The translations under genes and the position numbers were made by a program. DNA of 64,000 bases from a bacterium (GTDB lineage Bacteria > Electryoneota > RPQS01), in contig JADKHW010000015.1 of the NCBI GenBank assembly GCA_016721565.1, positions 6,731 through 70,730 of the forward strand, written 5' to 3'. Below, in pieces: positions 39,281 to 47,723 of this stretch. How positions within the stretch are numbered: the first letter of the stretch is position 1; each line of letters opens with the position of its first letter. The notes under the pieces are model-generated. The model did no database searches. It worked only from the letters and a program-made list of their open reading frames with translations, and had not been told where the DNA came from.

Positions 39281-39307
39281 GAGCAGAGAATCTCGGTGCA
39301 GAAATTA

Positions 39308-40672
39308 TTACGAATTCGCGCGGAACTGGAGCGCCTTGACGGCTTCGCCGATGCACTCGCCTTGCGTGACACCGACTTCACAAGCCGTGCGGAAATGGAT
39401 TCCGCCGTAGAGACGAGACATCGCGGCTTCGTTTGCCGCGTCTTCAAACGAGTTGAAAGTGCGTGCCGGATACTGCGAGTTTGCAGTAGTATCCGTAAAG
39501 GTCACGTTGCCGAAGAAGTCTTCGAGAACTTTGTACGCGGCACCGCTCTGGGTGGAGTGACCGCTGGTGCATTCGGGGAACGGCGGAGTCGTGATAGGAG
39601 GAAGCCATGCGTCAGCACCAGGAACGAGATTGCGAATCGCGGTAATTGGACGGAGATAGTTCATATCATACTTGGCCTTCCAGCATGAAATGAACGCGTC
39701 ATTCACAGCAAGACCAATCTTGCAGTAAATCTCAGCGGCTTCTGCGAGATTGGCATCTTGATCATTCAAAACGATGTTTGCAATATTGAGCCAATGTCCC
39801 GGAGGAGTCGGCGTTCCGCTGCCATCTGCCCAGAAGCGTGCGATCGCACGTTGTTCTGCGTCAGCGGCTTGAACAGTATTGTAAACTTCCATCATTTCAA
39901 TATAGAAAGCTGATGATGGATCAGTTGAATACGCTGGCGGCGCTGCAGGATAACACTGAGTTTCAACATTTTCGAGCACAAATGGACGCTGTCTGCCCCA
40001 ACACGGCTCCAACGGTTGTGCCGCGGGGTTTGCGCCAGGAGCAGGTTCCCACATACCGGGGCCAGTATGATCTTGCCAATGATACTCCGAACAATTGTGA
40101 TTCGTTGCATAACCGTCTTGATCGGCGCACACGCGAATGATGCTGGCCACGAGTTGACCGTAGGCTTCAGAGCGTGCCAGAACGGTTGGATCAATCGTCG
40201 CGGCATACCCGTCGTGCATCGCGCTAAATGCGTTCGTCGCGATAGCTTTGACCTCATCAGTTGCGTCAGAGAACAAGTACATAATCATGTCGTACGATCC
40301 CTTGTTCACAGCGGACGGCCAATGGTACTCGAGATTTGGATCGGTGGCGGGTACTTCTGGCATACCGTTGATTTGTCCGTAGAGCGAAATATGCTGCGGC
40401 ATACCATTCACAACTGCTTCATACATGACTTGGCCAAGATATCCATACGCACGCGCGGCACGTGGCGGAGACATGCTGGCATTCTTCACCATCAAACGGG
40501 TGGCCTGCACCCAGCAATTGGCAATGTCATCTGGATAATCCGCTGTCTTCGAATACGTCGGTTGCGGATTATCGTCGTCATCATCCTTATCGCAGCCCAC
40601 GAATATCGCTACTGCAACCATCATTGTGCTCAACACAATCCAACGGGCCACTCCTGTTCTCAGTCTTTTCAT
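39308..40672 (-). CDS. PAP2-superfamily / vanadium-dependent haloperoxidase-like lipoprotein, paralog 1
   Basis: Lipobox ..VAVAIFVGC. PAP2-type motifs KAKYDMNYLRP, CTSGHSTQSGAA and SRLYGGIHFRTA. Confidence 0.75.
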   Translation of the reverse strand: MKRLRTGVARWIVLSTMMVAVAIFVGCDKDDDDDNPQPTYSKTADYPDDIANCWVQATRLMVKNASMSPPRAARAYGYLGQVMYEAVVNGMPQHISLYGQINGMPEVPATDPNLEYHWPSAVNKGSYDMIMYLFSDATDEVKAIATNAFSAMHDGYAATIDPTVLARSEAYGQLVASIIRVCADQDGYATNHNCSEYHWQDHTGPGMWEPAPGANPAAQPLEPCWGRQRPFVLENVETQCYPAAPPAYSTDPSSAFYIEMMEVYNTVQAADAEQRAIARFWADGSGTPTPPGHWLNIANIVLNDQDANLAEAAEIYCKIGLAVNDAFISCWKAKYDMNYLRPITAIRNLVPGADAWLPPITTPPFPECTSGHSTQSGAAYKVLEDFFGNVTFTDTTANSQYPARTFNSFEDAANEAAMSRLYGGIHFRTACEVGVTQGECIGEAVKALQFRANS

Positions 40673-40746
40673 CTGGTTCTCCCCAGTCTTTGATTTTGGG
40701 TAACTAAATCTATGCGCGAGATTTCAAACAACAAATAGACTCCAAA

Positions 40747-40778
40747 GAAGAGCAGGCCGCATTAACGGCCTGCTCTTC
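40747..40778 (-). terminator. Hairpin downstream of 40797..42167
   Basis: GAAGAGCAGGCCG-cattaa-CGGCCTGCTCTTC forms a 13-bp stem. Confidence 0.7.
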
Positions 40779-40796
40779 GAGCAGTAAGTCTACAAA

Positions 40797-42167
40797 CTAA
40801 GAATTCGCGCGAAATGTTAGCGCGTTTACTTGATCTCCAACACAACGGCCTGAAGTTAATCCACCCTGGTTTCCAAAGGTGTAGTGAATCCCACCGAGCA
40901 ATCGTGAAAGTGCCGCCTCTTCCGCTGCCTCTTGCAACGTTGAATAGTGCCACACACCGAATCCGCGATCTTCATGCGTGTCGTCATCAAACTCACACGA
41001 GGTACCCATCATTCCTTCGAGTGCGCGCGATACTGCTCCCGATCCACTTGAGTGGCCTGACGTGTATTCAGGGAATGGGGGCGTTGCCCATGAAGGATTC
41101 CAACTCGGGTCGATATACGCCTGAACGTATGAAACTGGGCGAATCAAACAGTACTGGTATTTTGCCTTCCAGCACTGAATAAACGCATCATGAACTGCAA
41201 TTGCAGCTCGCGCATAGCACTCCGCGGCTTCTGCAAGATTCATGTCATATTGTTCGCAGAGGTCGCCAGCGATCGCATACCAGTGTCCGGCTGGCGCTCC
41301 GGTAACCCCAGGCACATCTGCCCAGAAAGCTGCGATCGCGCTATCTTGAGCTGTTTCCTCGTGCTGCGTTGTCATGACTTCATAGGCCGCCTGGTACATT
41401 TCTGAAGTGGGATCAGTTGACCACGTTGGCGGTGGAGGCGGATCACACTCCATTTCGGCACCGGTTCGTCCTACGACAAACGTGCGCAGGGACCCCCAAC
41501 AAGGCTCATGCGGCGGCGCGAACCCGGGAGGTGTTGGTATCCAGTATTGGGGGCCAGTCGGCATTTGAAAAGTGCAAGCTGCTCCGCGCGTATTTGCAAA
41601 TCCGTCTGTTGAACTCCATGTGACCAGTTCCGCTGCAATAGCCGCGCCGAAGTCTTCCGAAGTGTGAAATACTTCGTGTTCGACTGTCGCCTCGAAAATC
41701 GTGTTCCAATAAGCCTTGAAGGCGGAGATCGAATCACGTGACGCTTGCGAACTTCCGGAGAATAAGTTCTCCATCATACCGGCTACTGTCGCATTTAAGA
41801 CAGTCGGCCAATGATACTCGTGAGATGACGAGGCTTGCGGCAACATTGGAAGATCAATCAACTGACCGCCCATCGACACGAGATCTTCATCTCCTTGAAC
41901 AACCCCTTCATAGATCGCTACTCCCAGGTATCCGTAAACTCGCGATGCTGGGCACGGCCCAATGGACTCTGCCTTGACCATGCGGTAACAGAAATCTGAC
42001 CAACTCCGTGCAACTTCTGCCGAATACGTTGAGGCCGGCGCGGAGACAGGTCCACTCGGTTGCGAATCGTCACTATCGTCTTTATCGCAACTAACGAACA
42101 AAACTGCAACGACGGCCAATGCGCCGAGAACAAGCCAGCGCGTAGCGCGTGTCTTCCAACTTCTCAT
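40797..42167 (-). CDS. PAP2-superfamily / vanadium-dependent haloperoxidase-like lipoprotein, paralog 2
   Basis: Lipobox ..VAVLFVSC. Motifs KAKYQYCLIRP, YTSGHSSGSGAV and SRLLGGIHYTFG. It is collinear with paralog 1. Confidence 0.75.
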   Translation of the reverse strand: MRSWKTRATRWLVLGALAVVAVLFVSCDKDDSDDSQPSGPVSAPASTYSAEVARSWSDFCYRMVKAESIGPCPASRVYGYLGVAIYEGVVQGDEDLVSMGGQLIDLPMLPQASSSHEYHWPTVLNATVAGMMENLFSGSSQASRDSISAFKAYWNTIFEATVEHEVFHTSEDFGAAIAAELVTWSSTDGFANTRGAACTFQMPTGPQYWIPTPPGFAPPHEPCWGSLRTFVVGRTGAEMECDPPPPPTWSTDPTSEMYQAAYEVMTTQHEETAQDSAIAAFWADVPGVTGAPAGHWYAIAGDLCEQYDMNLAEAAECYARAAIAVHDAFIQCWKAKYQYCLIRPVSYVQAYIDPSWNPSWATPPFPEYTSGHSSGSGAVSRALEGMMGTSCEFDDDTHEDRGFGVWHYSTLQEAAEEAALSRLLGGIHYTFGNQGGLTSGRCVGDQVNALTFRANS

Positions 42168-42242
42168 CTGTTTCTCCCCAGACTTTGTTTTCTGTTTTGG
42201 TGAGGTACTCGTGGCGCGAGACTCACCTACTATTGATTGGTG

Positions 42243-42773
42243 CTACTTCTTTTGTTTCTCCGAATCGGTTTCCCAACCTTCGGGGCCAGTGAGCGGCGTG
42301 CGAAAGCCGGTGACATCAAGTAAATCAACTTTGATGCCAACATTTTCTAAGACTTTGCGGCTTCTCTCCTCACCGGGATAGCTTCCGAAAACCTTAACGT
42401 GCTTTATGCCCGAATTGGCGATCATACGGGCGCAAATCGGGCATGGAAAGACAGTTACATAAATATCCGCGCCTTCAACGGAGACGCCGTTGCGGGCGCA
42501 TTGCAAGAGTGCATTCTGCTCTGCATGCAAACAGATGCAGAGTTCCAACCGCTCACCGGACTTGATGCCTTCAATTTCGCGCTCACAGCCGCCCAATTCT
42601 TCCGGGTGCGGGTGACCTGCGGGCGGACCATTGTAGCCGGATGCCAGAATCTGATTGTTGCGAACAATCATTGCTCCTACCGCACGACGCAAACAGGCTG
42701 ACCTCATCGACACGAGATGAACGAGGTTGTAGAAGTACTCATCCCAAGAGATGCGGTCGGTTTTGGTTTTCAT
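42243..42773 (-). CDS. Deoxycytidylate (dCMP) deaminase, ComEB-type
   Basis: Zinc motifs CLHAEQNAL and PCPICARMI, plus WDEYFYNLVHLVSMRS. Confidence 0.88.
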   Translation of the reverse strand: MKTKTDRISWDEYFYNLVHLVSMRSACLRRAVGAMIVRNNQILASGYNGPPAGHPHPEELGGCEREIEGIKSGERLELCICLHAEQNALLQCARNGVSVEGADIYVTVFPCPICARMIANSGIKHVKVFGSYPGEERSRKVLENVGIKVDLLDVTGFRTPLTGPEGWETDSEKQKK

Positions 42774-42789
42774 GATTTAGTACAAGACG

Positions 42790-43977
42790 TTATCGGGCTG
42801 ATCGTTCCCAGACTGAACTTGCGGATCCTTGGATAAACTTAACACCGCCAATCAAGAATGCGAACATGATTGCGACAAAGCTAAACAATTGATAGAAGAA
42901 CGGCAAGCGAATTCCCACCAAAGCACCTAAGCCGCCCAATGCAGCAACTCCATAGCCAAGCAATTGCATGCTGAGCAATGCTCTGTAGATTTCACTGTTG
43001 ATGGCTATGATCGCGTTTGTAGCGAGCGCAGATAACATCAACAAGGGAAAGAACCAGTGTATTACTTTGTTGCTGAAGAACGTGTACGCGATGATCGGTC
43101 TTGACGGAGAGAGAAGCTTGCGGCAAAGCGAGAGTGTCCGAAAATTTGAAACGCCAATTCGGATTCGACGATGAAATTCCTCGCTTACGGTCTCGCCGCT
43201 GTTTTCAATCGCCACGACTGCGGGTTCATACGCGACGCGTTTGCCGAGCAGAATTGCCGGATACAGCGAAACAATATCATCATTCATCGCAACCAGAGGC
43301 AGCGGCTGCCAGTCGCGGCGAAGCATCGCGTAGGCGGCACCCGTTAGCCCTGAAAACCCTCCCACCTCGGCTTCCCTTCGCTTGATGTCTGTCATGCGGC
43401 GGTGATATGTGTGCTCACCTTTACCTACAGCATCGGCTGATCCGCGAATTGCGATCTCTTTTGCAGCGCCGACAGCGGCAACGGACTCGTCTTGAAAGTG
43501 GCGGACGAATTGTCTCAAGTCGTTTGACGTGATCATTACGTTCGCATCTGTCAAAACGAGAATATCAGCTTGAGTTTGCGACACAAGGCTGTTTAGAATG
43601 CTTGGTTTTCCGTTGCGGCCCTCAAAGCGAATTAAGCGGACACGGGCCTCGGTAAAATCTCTTACTATTTGATCCGTTTCGTCTGTTGAGCCGTCGGATC
43701 CAATTAGAATTTCGATCTTGTCGTTCGGATAGGAAAGACCCAGTGAGTTCCTGATCTTTTCCGCAATGACGGTGCCTTCATTGTATGCAGGCACCAACAC
43801 GGCTATTGACGGAAGATAGCTCTCATCAATTGGCGGAGACTTGAAACGAGTTGGGAGAATTTTCAGCGTCAGCGGGTACAGCACATAGGTATGCAGCATC
43901 AGTCCCACAGACAGCCAAAATATCAGGATAAGCACTAACTCCGTCACGCACAACCCCGAGGTTGCCACGACAAACAT
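42790..43977 (-). CDS. Membrane-embedded family-2 glycosyltransferase (polysaccharide-synthase-like), paralog A
   Basis: An N-terminal TM, VLVPAYNEGTVI, GSDGSTDETD, LTDANV and three C-terminal TMs. The canonical QxxRW position reads FHRRIRIG. Confidence 0.8.
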   Translation of the reverse strand: MFVVATSGLCVTELVLILIFWLSVGLMLHTYVLYPLTLKILPTRFKSPPIDESYLPSIAVLVPAYNEGTVIAEKIRNSLGLSYPNDKIEILIGSDGSTDETDQIVRDFTEARVRLIRFEGRNGKPSILNSLVSQTQADILVLTDANVMITSNDLRQFVRHFQDESVAAVGAAKEIAIRGSADAVGKGEHTYHRRMTDIKRREAEVGGFSGLTGAAYAMLRRDWQPLPLVAMNDDIVSLYPAILLGKRVAYEPAVVAIENSGETVSEEFHRRIRIGVSNFRTLSLCRKLLSPSRPIIAYTFFSNKVIHWFFPLLMLSALATNAIIAINSEIYRALLSMQLLGYGVAALGGLGALVGIRLPFFYQLFSFVAIMFAFLIGGVKFIQGSASSVWERSAR

Positions 43978-44095
43978 TGATGCATTGAGATCGCCCCGGT
44001 AACTGGATCAAACATGGTCAAGAACGGACACATGTAGGCTAACAGAGAGCATCAATGGATTTGTTATGGATAATCATTTCAAAATCGGCAACCGG

Positions 44096-45247
44096 TTATC
44101 TTGCTGAGCGCTCCCAGACTGAACTGCCGTGTCCAAGAAGAAATCTAACTCCGCCGATAAGAAAGGCAATCATCACGGTGACAAAGCTAAAAGCCTGATA
44201 CAAAACCGGGATCTTAAGCCCACACGCAGCAGCGAGACCGCCGAGGGCGCTTGCAATATACAAAGTGAGCTGTGCGACGAACAACACAAAATAGAAACTG
44301 TTATGCCTTGCGAGAAGCGCGTTTGTCAGCAATGCCACGACCATTAGAACTGGAAAGAACCACAGAACTACTTTATGACTGAAATATGTGTATGCAACGA
44401 TCGGACGAAAGGGCGATAGTAGCCCGGGGCAGCACGCGACAGTCCCCCAATTCAGTATGCCCATCCTGATACGCCGCTTGAACTCGTCACGAACTGTATC
44501 GTCTAAGTCCTCTTTAGCTACCAAGTCCGTTTCAAACGCAACGCGTCCACCGCTCAGAATTGCAGGATAGAGTGCGACAATATCGTCATTCATCGGAACC
44601 AGCGGCAAAGGTTGCCATGCAGTTTTTCGAATTGCATATGCCGCGCCTTCAAGTCCCGAGAATCCGCCGATCTGAGATTCTAATTGCTTGATCGTGGTGA
44701 CATACCTGTGATAGGCAAGCTCACCTGTCGCGACTTTCGCGCGGCCGCGAACTGCGAACTCATTTGCTGCACCTACTGCGGCAACGGTTTTGTCAGAGAA
44801 ATGGTTGATAAAACGAAAAAAATCGCCGGTAATCACGACGTTTGCATCCGTCAGAAACAGGATGTCAGCCTGAGTCACATCGGCCAGGGCATTTATGATG
44901 CGAGGCTTTCCGTTGCGGCCCTCGAAGCGAACCAATCTTACGCGAGGATCACCTGATTCAATCACAATTTTGTCGGTATTATCCGTTGATCCATCGGATC
45001 CAACAATCACTTCAAGTTTATCAGCAGGATACTCCAGCGCAAGTGTGTTTTTCAGTTTCTCCCCAATGACCTGTTTTTCATTGTACGCCGGAATTAGAAC
45101 TGCAACAGATGGCAACGGGCCATCAAAATCAAATGGGGCGCGATAACGCCTGGGAAAGAATCTCAGTGTGAGCGGATACACAACGCAAGCGTGAAGCATC
45201 AGTCCCGCAGAGATCCAGAACAGAGTGGTTAACGCAAACTCAAGCAC
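44096..45247 (-). CDS. Membrane-embedded family-2 glycosyltransferase, paralog B
   Basis: Collinear with paralog A: VLIPAYNEKQVI, GSDGSTDNTD, LTDANV, FKRRIRMG. Confidence 0.8.
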   Translation of the reverse strand: MLEFALTTLFWISAGLMLHACVVYPLTLRFFPRRYRAPFDFDGPLPSVAVLIPAYNEKQVIGEKLKNTLALEYPADKLEVIVGSDGSTDNTDKIVIESGDPRVRLVRFEGRNGKPRIINALADVTQADILFLTDANVVITGDFFRFINHFSDKTVAAVGAANEFAVRGRAKVATGELAYHRYVTTIKQLESQIGGFSGLEGAAYAIRKTAWQPLPLVPMNDDIVALYPAILSGGRVAFETDLVAKEDLDDTVRDEFKRRIRMGILNWGTVACCPGLLSPFRPIVAYTYFSHKVVLWFFPVLMVVALLTNALLARHNSFYFVLFVAQLTLYIASALGGLAAACGLKIPVLYQAFSFVTVMIAFLIGGVRFLLGHGSSVWERSAR

Positions 45248-45307
45248 TTGCCGCTCTAATTCGCTTTGAGTCGCTTAGCGACGTCCAAGCAGCGCGAGAC
45301 AGTTTTC

Positions 45308-45892
45308 TTAAGCACGCTCGAGGCGATCAAAATAACGCTTGCCGCCTTTGATTTGCGGGCGTAGCCTTTGAGCGGCCTCGGCTACGGGTTTTCCTCCTTG
45401 CGCATCGAGAAACGCTTTGCGGAAGGCTTCGGGAGCTTTGAGTTCAGGATCGTTGAGATCATAAACACGAATCAACGATTGCAAGCCGTGCAAAAATAAC
45501 TCGGTCGAAATTCCCCCCGTTTGGAAGCTCGACGTCTGATACGACCACGACGCTTCACTTACGTCTGAAAAATACACGGGCAGCTTTTTGGTCTCTTTAA
45601 GCTCTGAAGGAGCCGCGCCGTTGCAGAGTGCGTCGCATGCTTCTGACAGCGCAAGTCGCAAATCTGGACGACACTCGCATTTCAGAATGTAATCGCTCAA
45701 GAAGTCGCTGTGACGCGGCGTGTAAGTCTTGCCCCCGCTTTCGATGATCAAGCGATATTCGGGGCGTTGCGACATGTAGAAATGACGCACGCCGACATTA
45801 TTAATGATGACGCGGCCCGTAGCAAACTCGCCGATGACGAGCTTGCCGAGCGGAAGGTTTTTGGTTTTTTCGATGAGGTCAGAGTAACGCAT
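45308..45892 (-). CDS. Hypothetical protein (194 aa)
   Basis: Clean ORF in an operon-like arrangement upstream of the GT2 pair. No family recognised. Confidence 0.6.
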   Translation of the reverse strand: MRYSDLIEKTKNLPLGKLVIGEFATGRVIINNVGVRHFYMSQRPEYRLIIESGGKTYTPRHSDFLSDYILKCECRPDLRLALSEACDALCNGAAPSELKETKKLPVYFSDVSEASWSYQTSSFQTGGISTELFLHGLQSLIRVYDLNDPELKAPEAFRKAFLDAQGGKPVAEAAQRLRPQIKGGKRYFDRLERA

Positions 45893-45902
45893 GTGAGAAG
45901 AA

Positions 45903-46508
45903 CTATTTCTTGACTTTCAAGCCGGCGCCTTGACGGTTCAGCTCGAAGATGGTTAAGTCGAGGAGATCAGAGAAGAGTTTGATTTGATCGGCTGAGACTT
46001 CGCGGATGATTTCACCGTCGGAAAGCGGATCGGGAAATACAACAGTCAATTGTTGCTGCGTGCCGATTTGTGTGAACTCGATGCTGAAACCCGCGCGGGT
46101 GTGAAACGTAATCTTGGTTTCGGCGCGTTCAGACGATGCAATATCGGTTGCGGTTTGCGCGATGTAGCGGGCGGAACGGATCAACTCTGGGATTTCGTCA
46201 GCATCTGCAAGGACTTCGGAATAAACCGTGCTGCCTTCACCGATGCGAAAGGCCACTGCAAAAAATCTATTGGAGTCGCCGGGCATGAACGCGATGTCAG
46301 TTAAGACTTGCAGCAGTTCGCCTGTGACTTTCTCTTTCTTTCCGGCAACCAATGCAATCTGTCCGACCGGAAGACGATCACGAAACAGCGTGCGGCCCGG
46401 TTGATTCAACTGCCATTCGTAGTCAGTGGCAATTTTTGTGGGCGACTGCGCGAAACTTGGTGGTAAGATTACCAACGCAAAGAGAATTACGGCAATGAAT
46501 ACTCTCAT
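45903..46508 (-). CDS. Hypothetical secreted protein
   Basis: The preferred start is ATG 46508, which overlaps the upstream stop (ATGA). Signal peptide MRVFIAVILFALVILPPSFAQ. Confidence 0.6.
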   Translation of the reverse strand: MRVFIAVILFALVILPPSFAQSPTKIATDYEWQLNQPGRTLFRDRLPVGQIALVAGKKEKVTGELLQVLTDIAFMPGDSNRFFAVAFRIGEGSTVYSEVLADADEIPELIRSARYIAQTATDIASSERAETKITFHTRAGFSIEFTQIGTQQQLTVVFPDPLSDGEIIREVSADQIKLFSDLLDLTIFELNRQGAGLKVKK

Positions 46509-46927
46509 TGCGAATGCTGCCAACACTTTTTGCTACCGGGAATCGCCTTGCGGGAGCACTGCTTGCCTTTGGCGGTCTTGGCGATGCACTGCGGGCGCTC
46601 GGGTTTAACCTTGGCGGGCTTCTCGACTTCAGTGAGTTGGAGCGTCGAGGTCTCCCCTCCCATCCGCGCAACAACCTTATCAACTGGAACCCATCCCTCG
46701 ACCAGAATCCTTGCCCAGCCAGCCACGGTGTCGACCACTTGCACCCTGCTCTGCTCGGTAAAACTCCCGGCTACGGGGCCAGCAGGGATGACGTAAATTA
46801 TTGCAGGTTCTTTAGTTAGAGTATCCGCTGGAGCCATTGCCTTAAGGGAATCGGGGACTTCCTGAGCTGAGACCGTTATCATCAATCCGCACACAAGTCC
46901 AATAATCAGCCAAAAACCTCTCAGCAC
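46505..46927 (-). CDS. Secreted/membrane-anchored SH3-like protein with basic Cys3-His tail
   Basis: N-terminal hydrophobic segment. SH3b-like stretch VVDTVAGWARILVEGWVPVDKV. C-terminus CIAKTAKGKQCSRKAIPGSKKCWQH (C-x9-C-x10-C-x2-H). Confidence 0.6.
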   Translation of the reverse strand: MLRGFWLIIGLVCGLMITVSAQEVPDSLKAMAPADTLTKEPAIIYVIPAGPVAGSFTEQSRVQVVDTVAGWARILVEGWVPVDKVVARMGGETSTLQLTEVEKPAKVKPERPQCIAKTAKGKQCSRKAIPGSKKCWQHSQ

Positions 46928-47091
46928 GCCGTCTCCTCTGGAATCTTCTTGTCCTAAGTTGAGTTAAATATAGTGTTTTCCCCCTCCTCGTGCAAGGCAG
47001 GCGGGTCAACCTCCGCAAAAACACTCTGTAGGCTTACGAAGTGGTGCGGCCCTCCAACCCTAAAAGAAACAAACGGTGCCTTACACGCACC

Positions 47092-47120
47092 TTGCGGGGG
47101 GGGAGTTCATTCATTATATT
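47092..47120 (+). promoter_or_regulatory. Candidate sigma70-type promoter with a G8 tract in the -35/spacer
   Basis: -35 TTGCGG (47092-47097), a 17-nt spacer, and -10 TATATT (47115-47120). The G8 run spans 47096-47103. Confidence 0.4.
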
Positions 47121-47156
47121 ATGAAACAACAGGATGAGTCCTGAATTGTCACTATT

Positions 47157-47702
47157 GTGAAAACCATCGACCTCGATACACTTCAGCGCTATTCGCGCGG
47201 CGAACTAAGCCCCAAGACGTTCATGGCCGTCCATCAGGAGGCGGGTGAACTACTGGACTTGTTGTTCCAGAACCTGAGTCAGGCTGAACATGTGGTCTCG
47301 ATTCAGGATTGGCCCTTGCCGCGTAGGCAGAAGCGGCTGGGGCAGTTCTTCGTTTTGAAAACGATGATGCTGTTCACGCCGTTTTGTTTGATTGTCGGTG
47401 CGGCGCTGGCACAGAAGACTCCCGTACTTGGTATTTCGATTACGATGGGATGGCTTACACTGTGTTTGCTGGGCGGCGGGTATTTGCTTTGGGATCGTTA
47501 CCGCGTGATGAAATCCAAAGACGGCAAGTCCGTGCTCGTGATTACCAACCGCAGAATGATGCGGATTTGGTTGGACGGATCCGAAACCGTGCAGGCGTGG
47601 TGGTTGACCGACGACCCAAATAAAAAAAAACGACTTGAACCAGTCTCCTCCACGATAAATTTGCTGTTGGAGTTGGATCTGGGTAAGCCCAATTTGAATT
47701 AG
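47157..47702 (+). CDS. Hypothetical membrane protein (two TM segments)
   Basis: 181-aa ORF with a GTG start. Hydrophobic segments FVLKTMMLFTPFCLIVGAALA and ITMGWLTLCLLGGGYLLW. It contains an A9 run at 47622-47630. Confidence 0.55.
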   Translation: MKTIDLDTLQRYSRGELSPKTFMAVHQEAGELLDLLFQNLSQAEHVVSIQDWPLPRRQKRLGQFFVLKTMMLFTPFCLIVGAALAQKTPVLGISITMGWLTLCLLGGGYLLWDRYRVMKSKDGKSVLVITNRRMMRIWLDGSETVQAWWLTDDPNKKKRLEPVSSTINLLLELDLGKPNLN

Positions 47703-47723
47703 AATTTAGCCGCTTGCGACGGA

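Noticed and set aside
38909-39307. 400-bp AT-rich gap upstream of the giant T9SS gene as a possible ncRNA or mobile remnant.
   Set aside because: It contains only AT-rich promoter-like sequence (TATATATATAAAAT) and the terminator of the upstream gene. There are no repeats, conserved-looking helices or ORFs.
46981-47105. Long-range pairing between the C-rich tract (46980-46998) and GCACCTTGCGGGGGGGG (47087-47103) as a structured RNA.
   Set aside because: Only GCAAGG/CCTTGC pairs cleanly. The rest is G-U wobbles and mismatches. The G8 tract is better interpreted in its promoter context (see findings).
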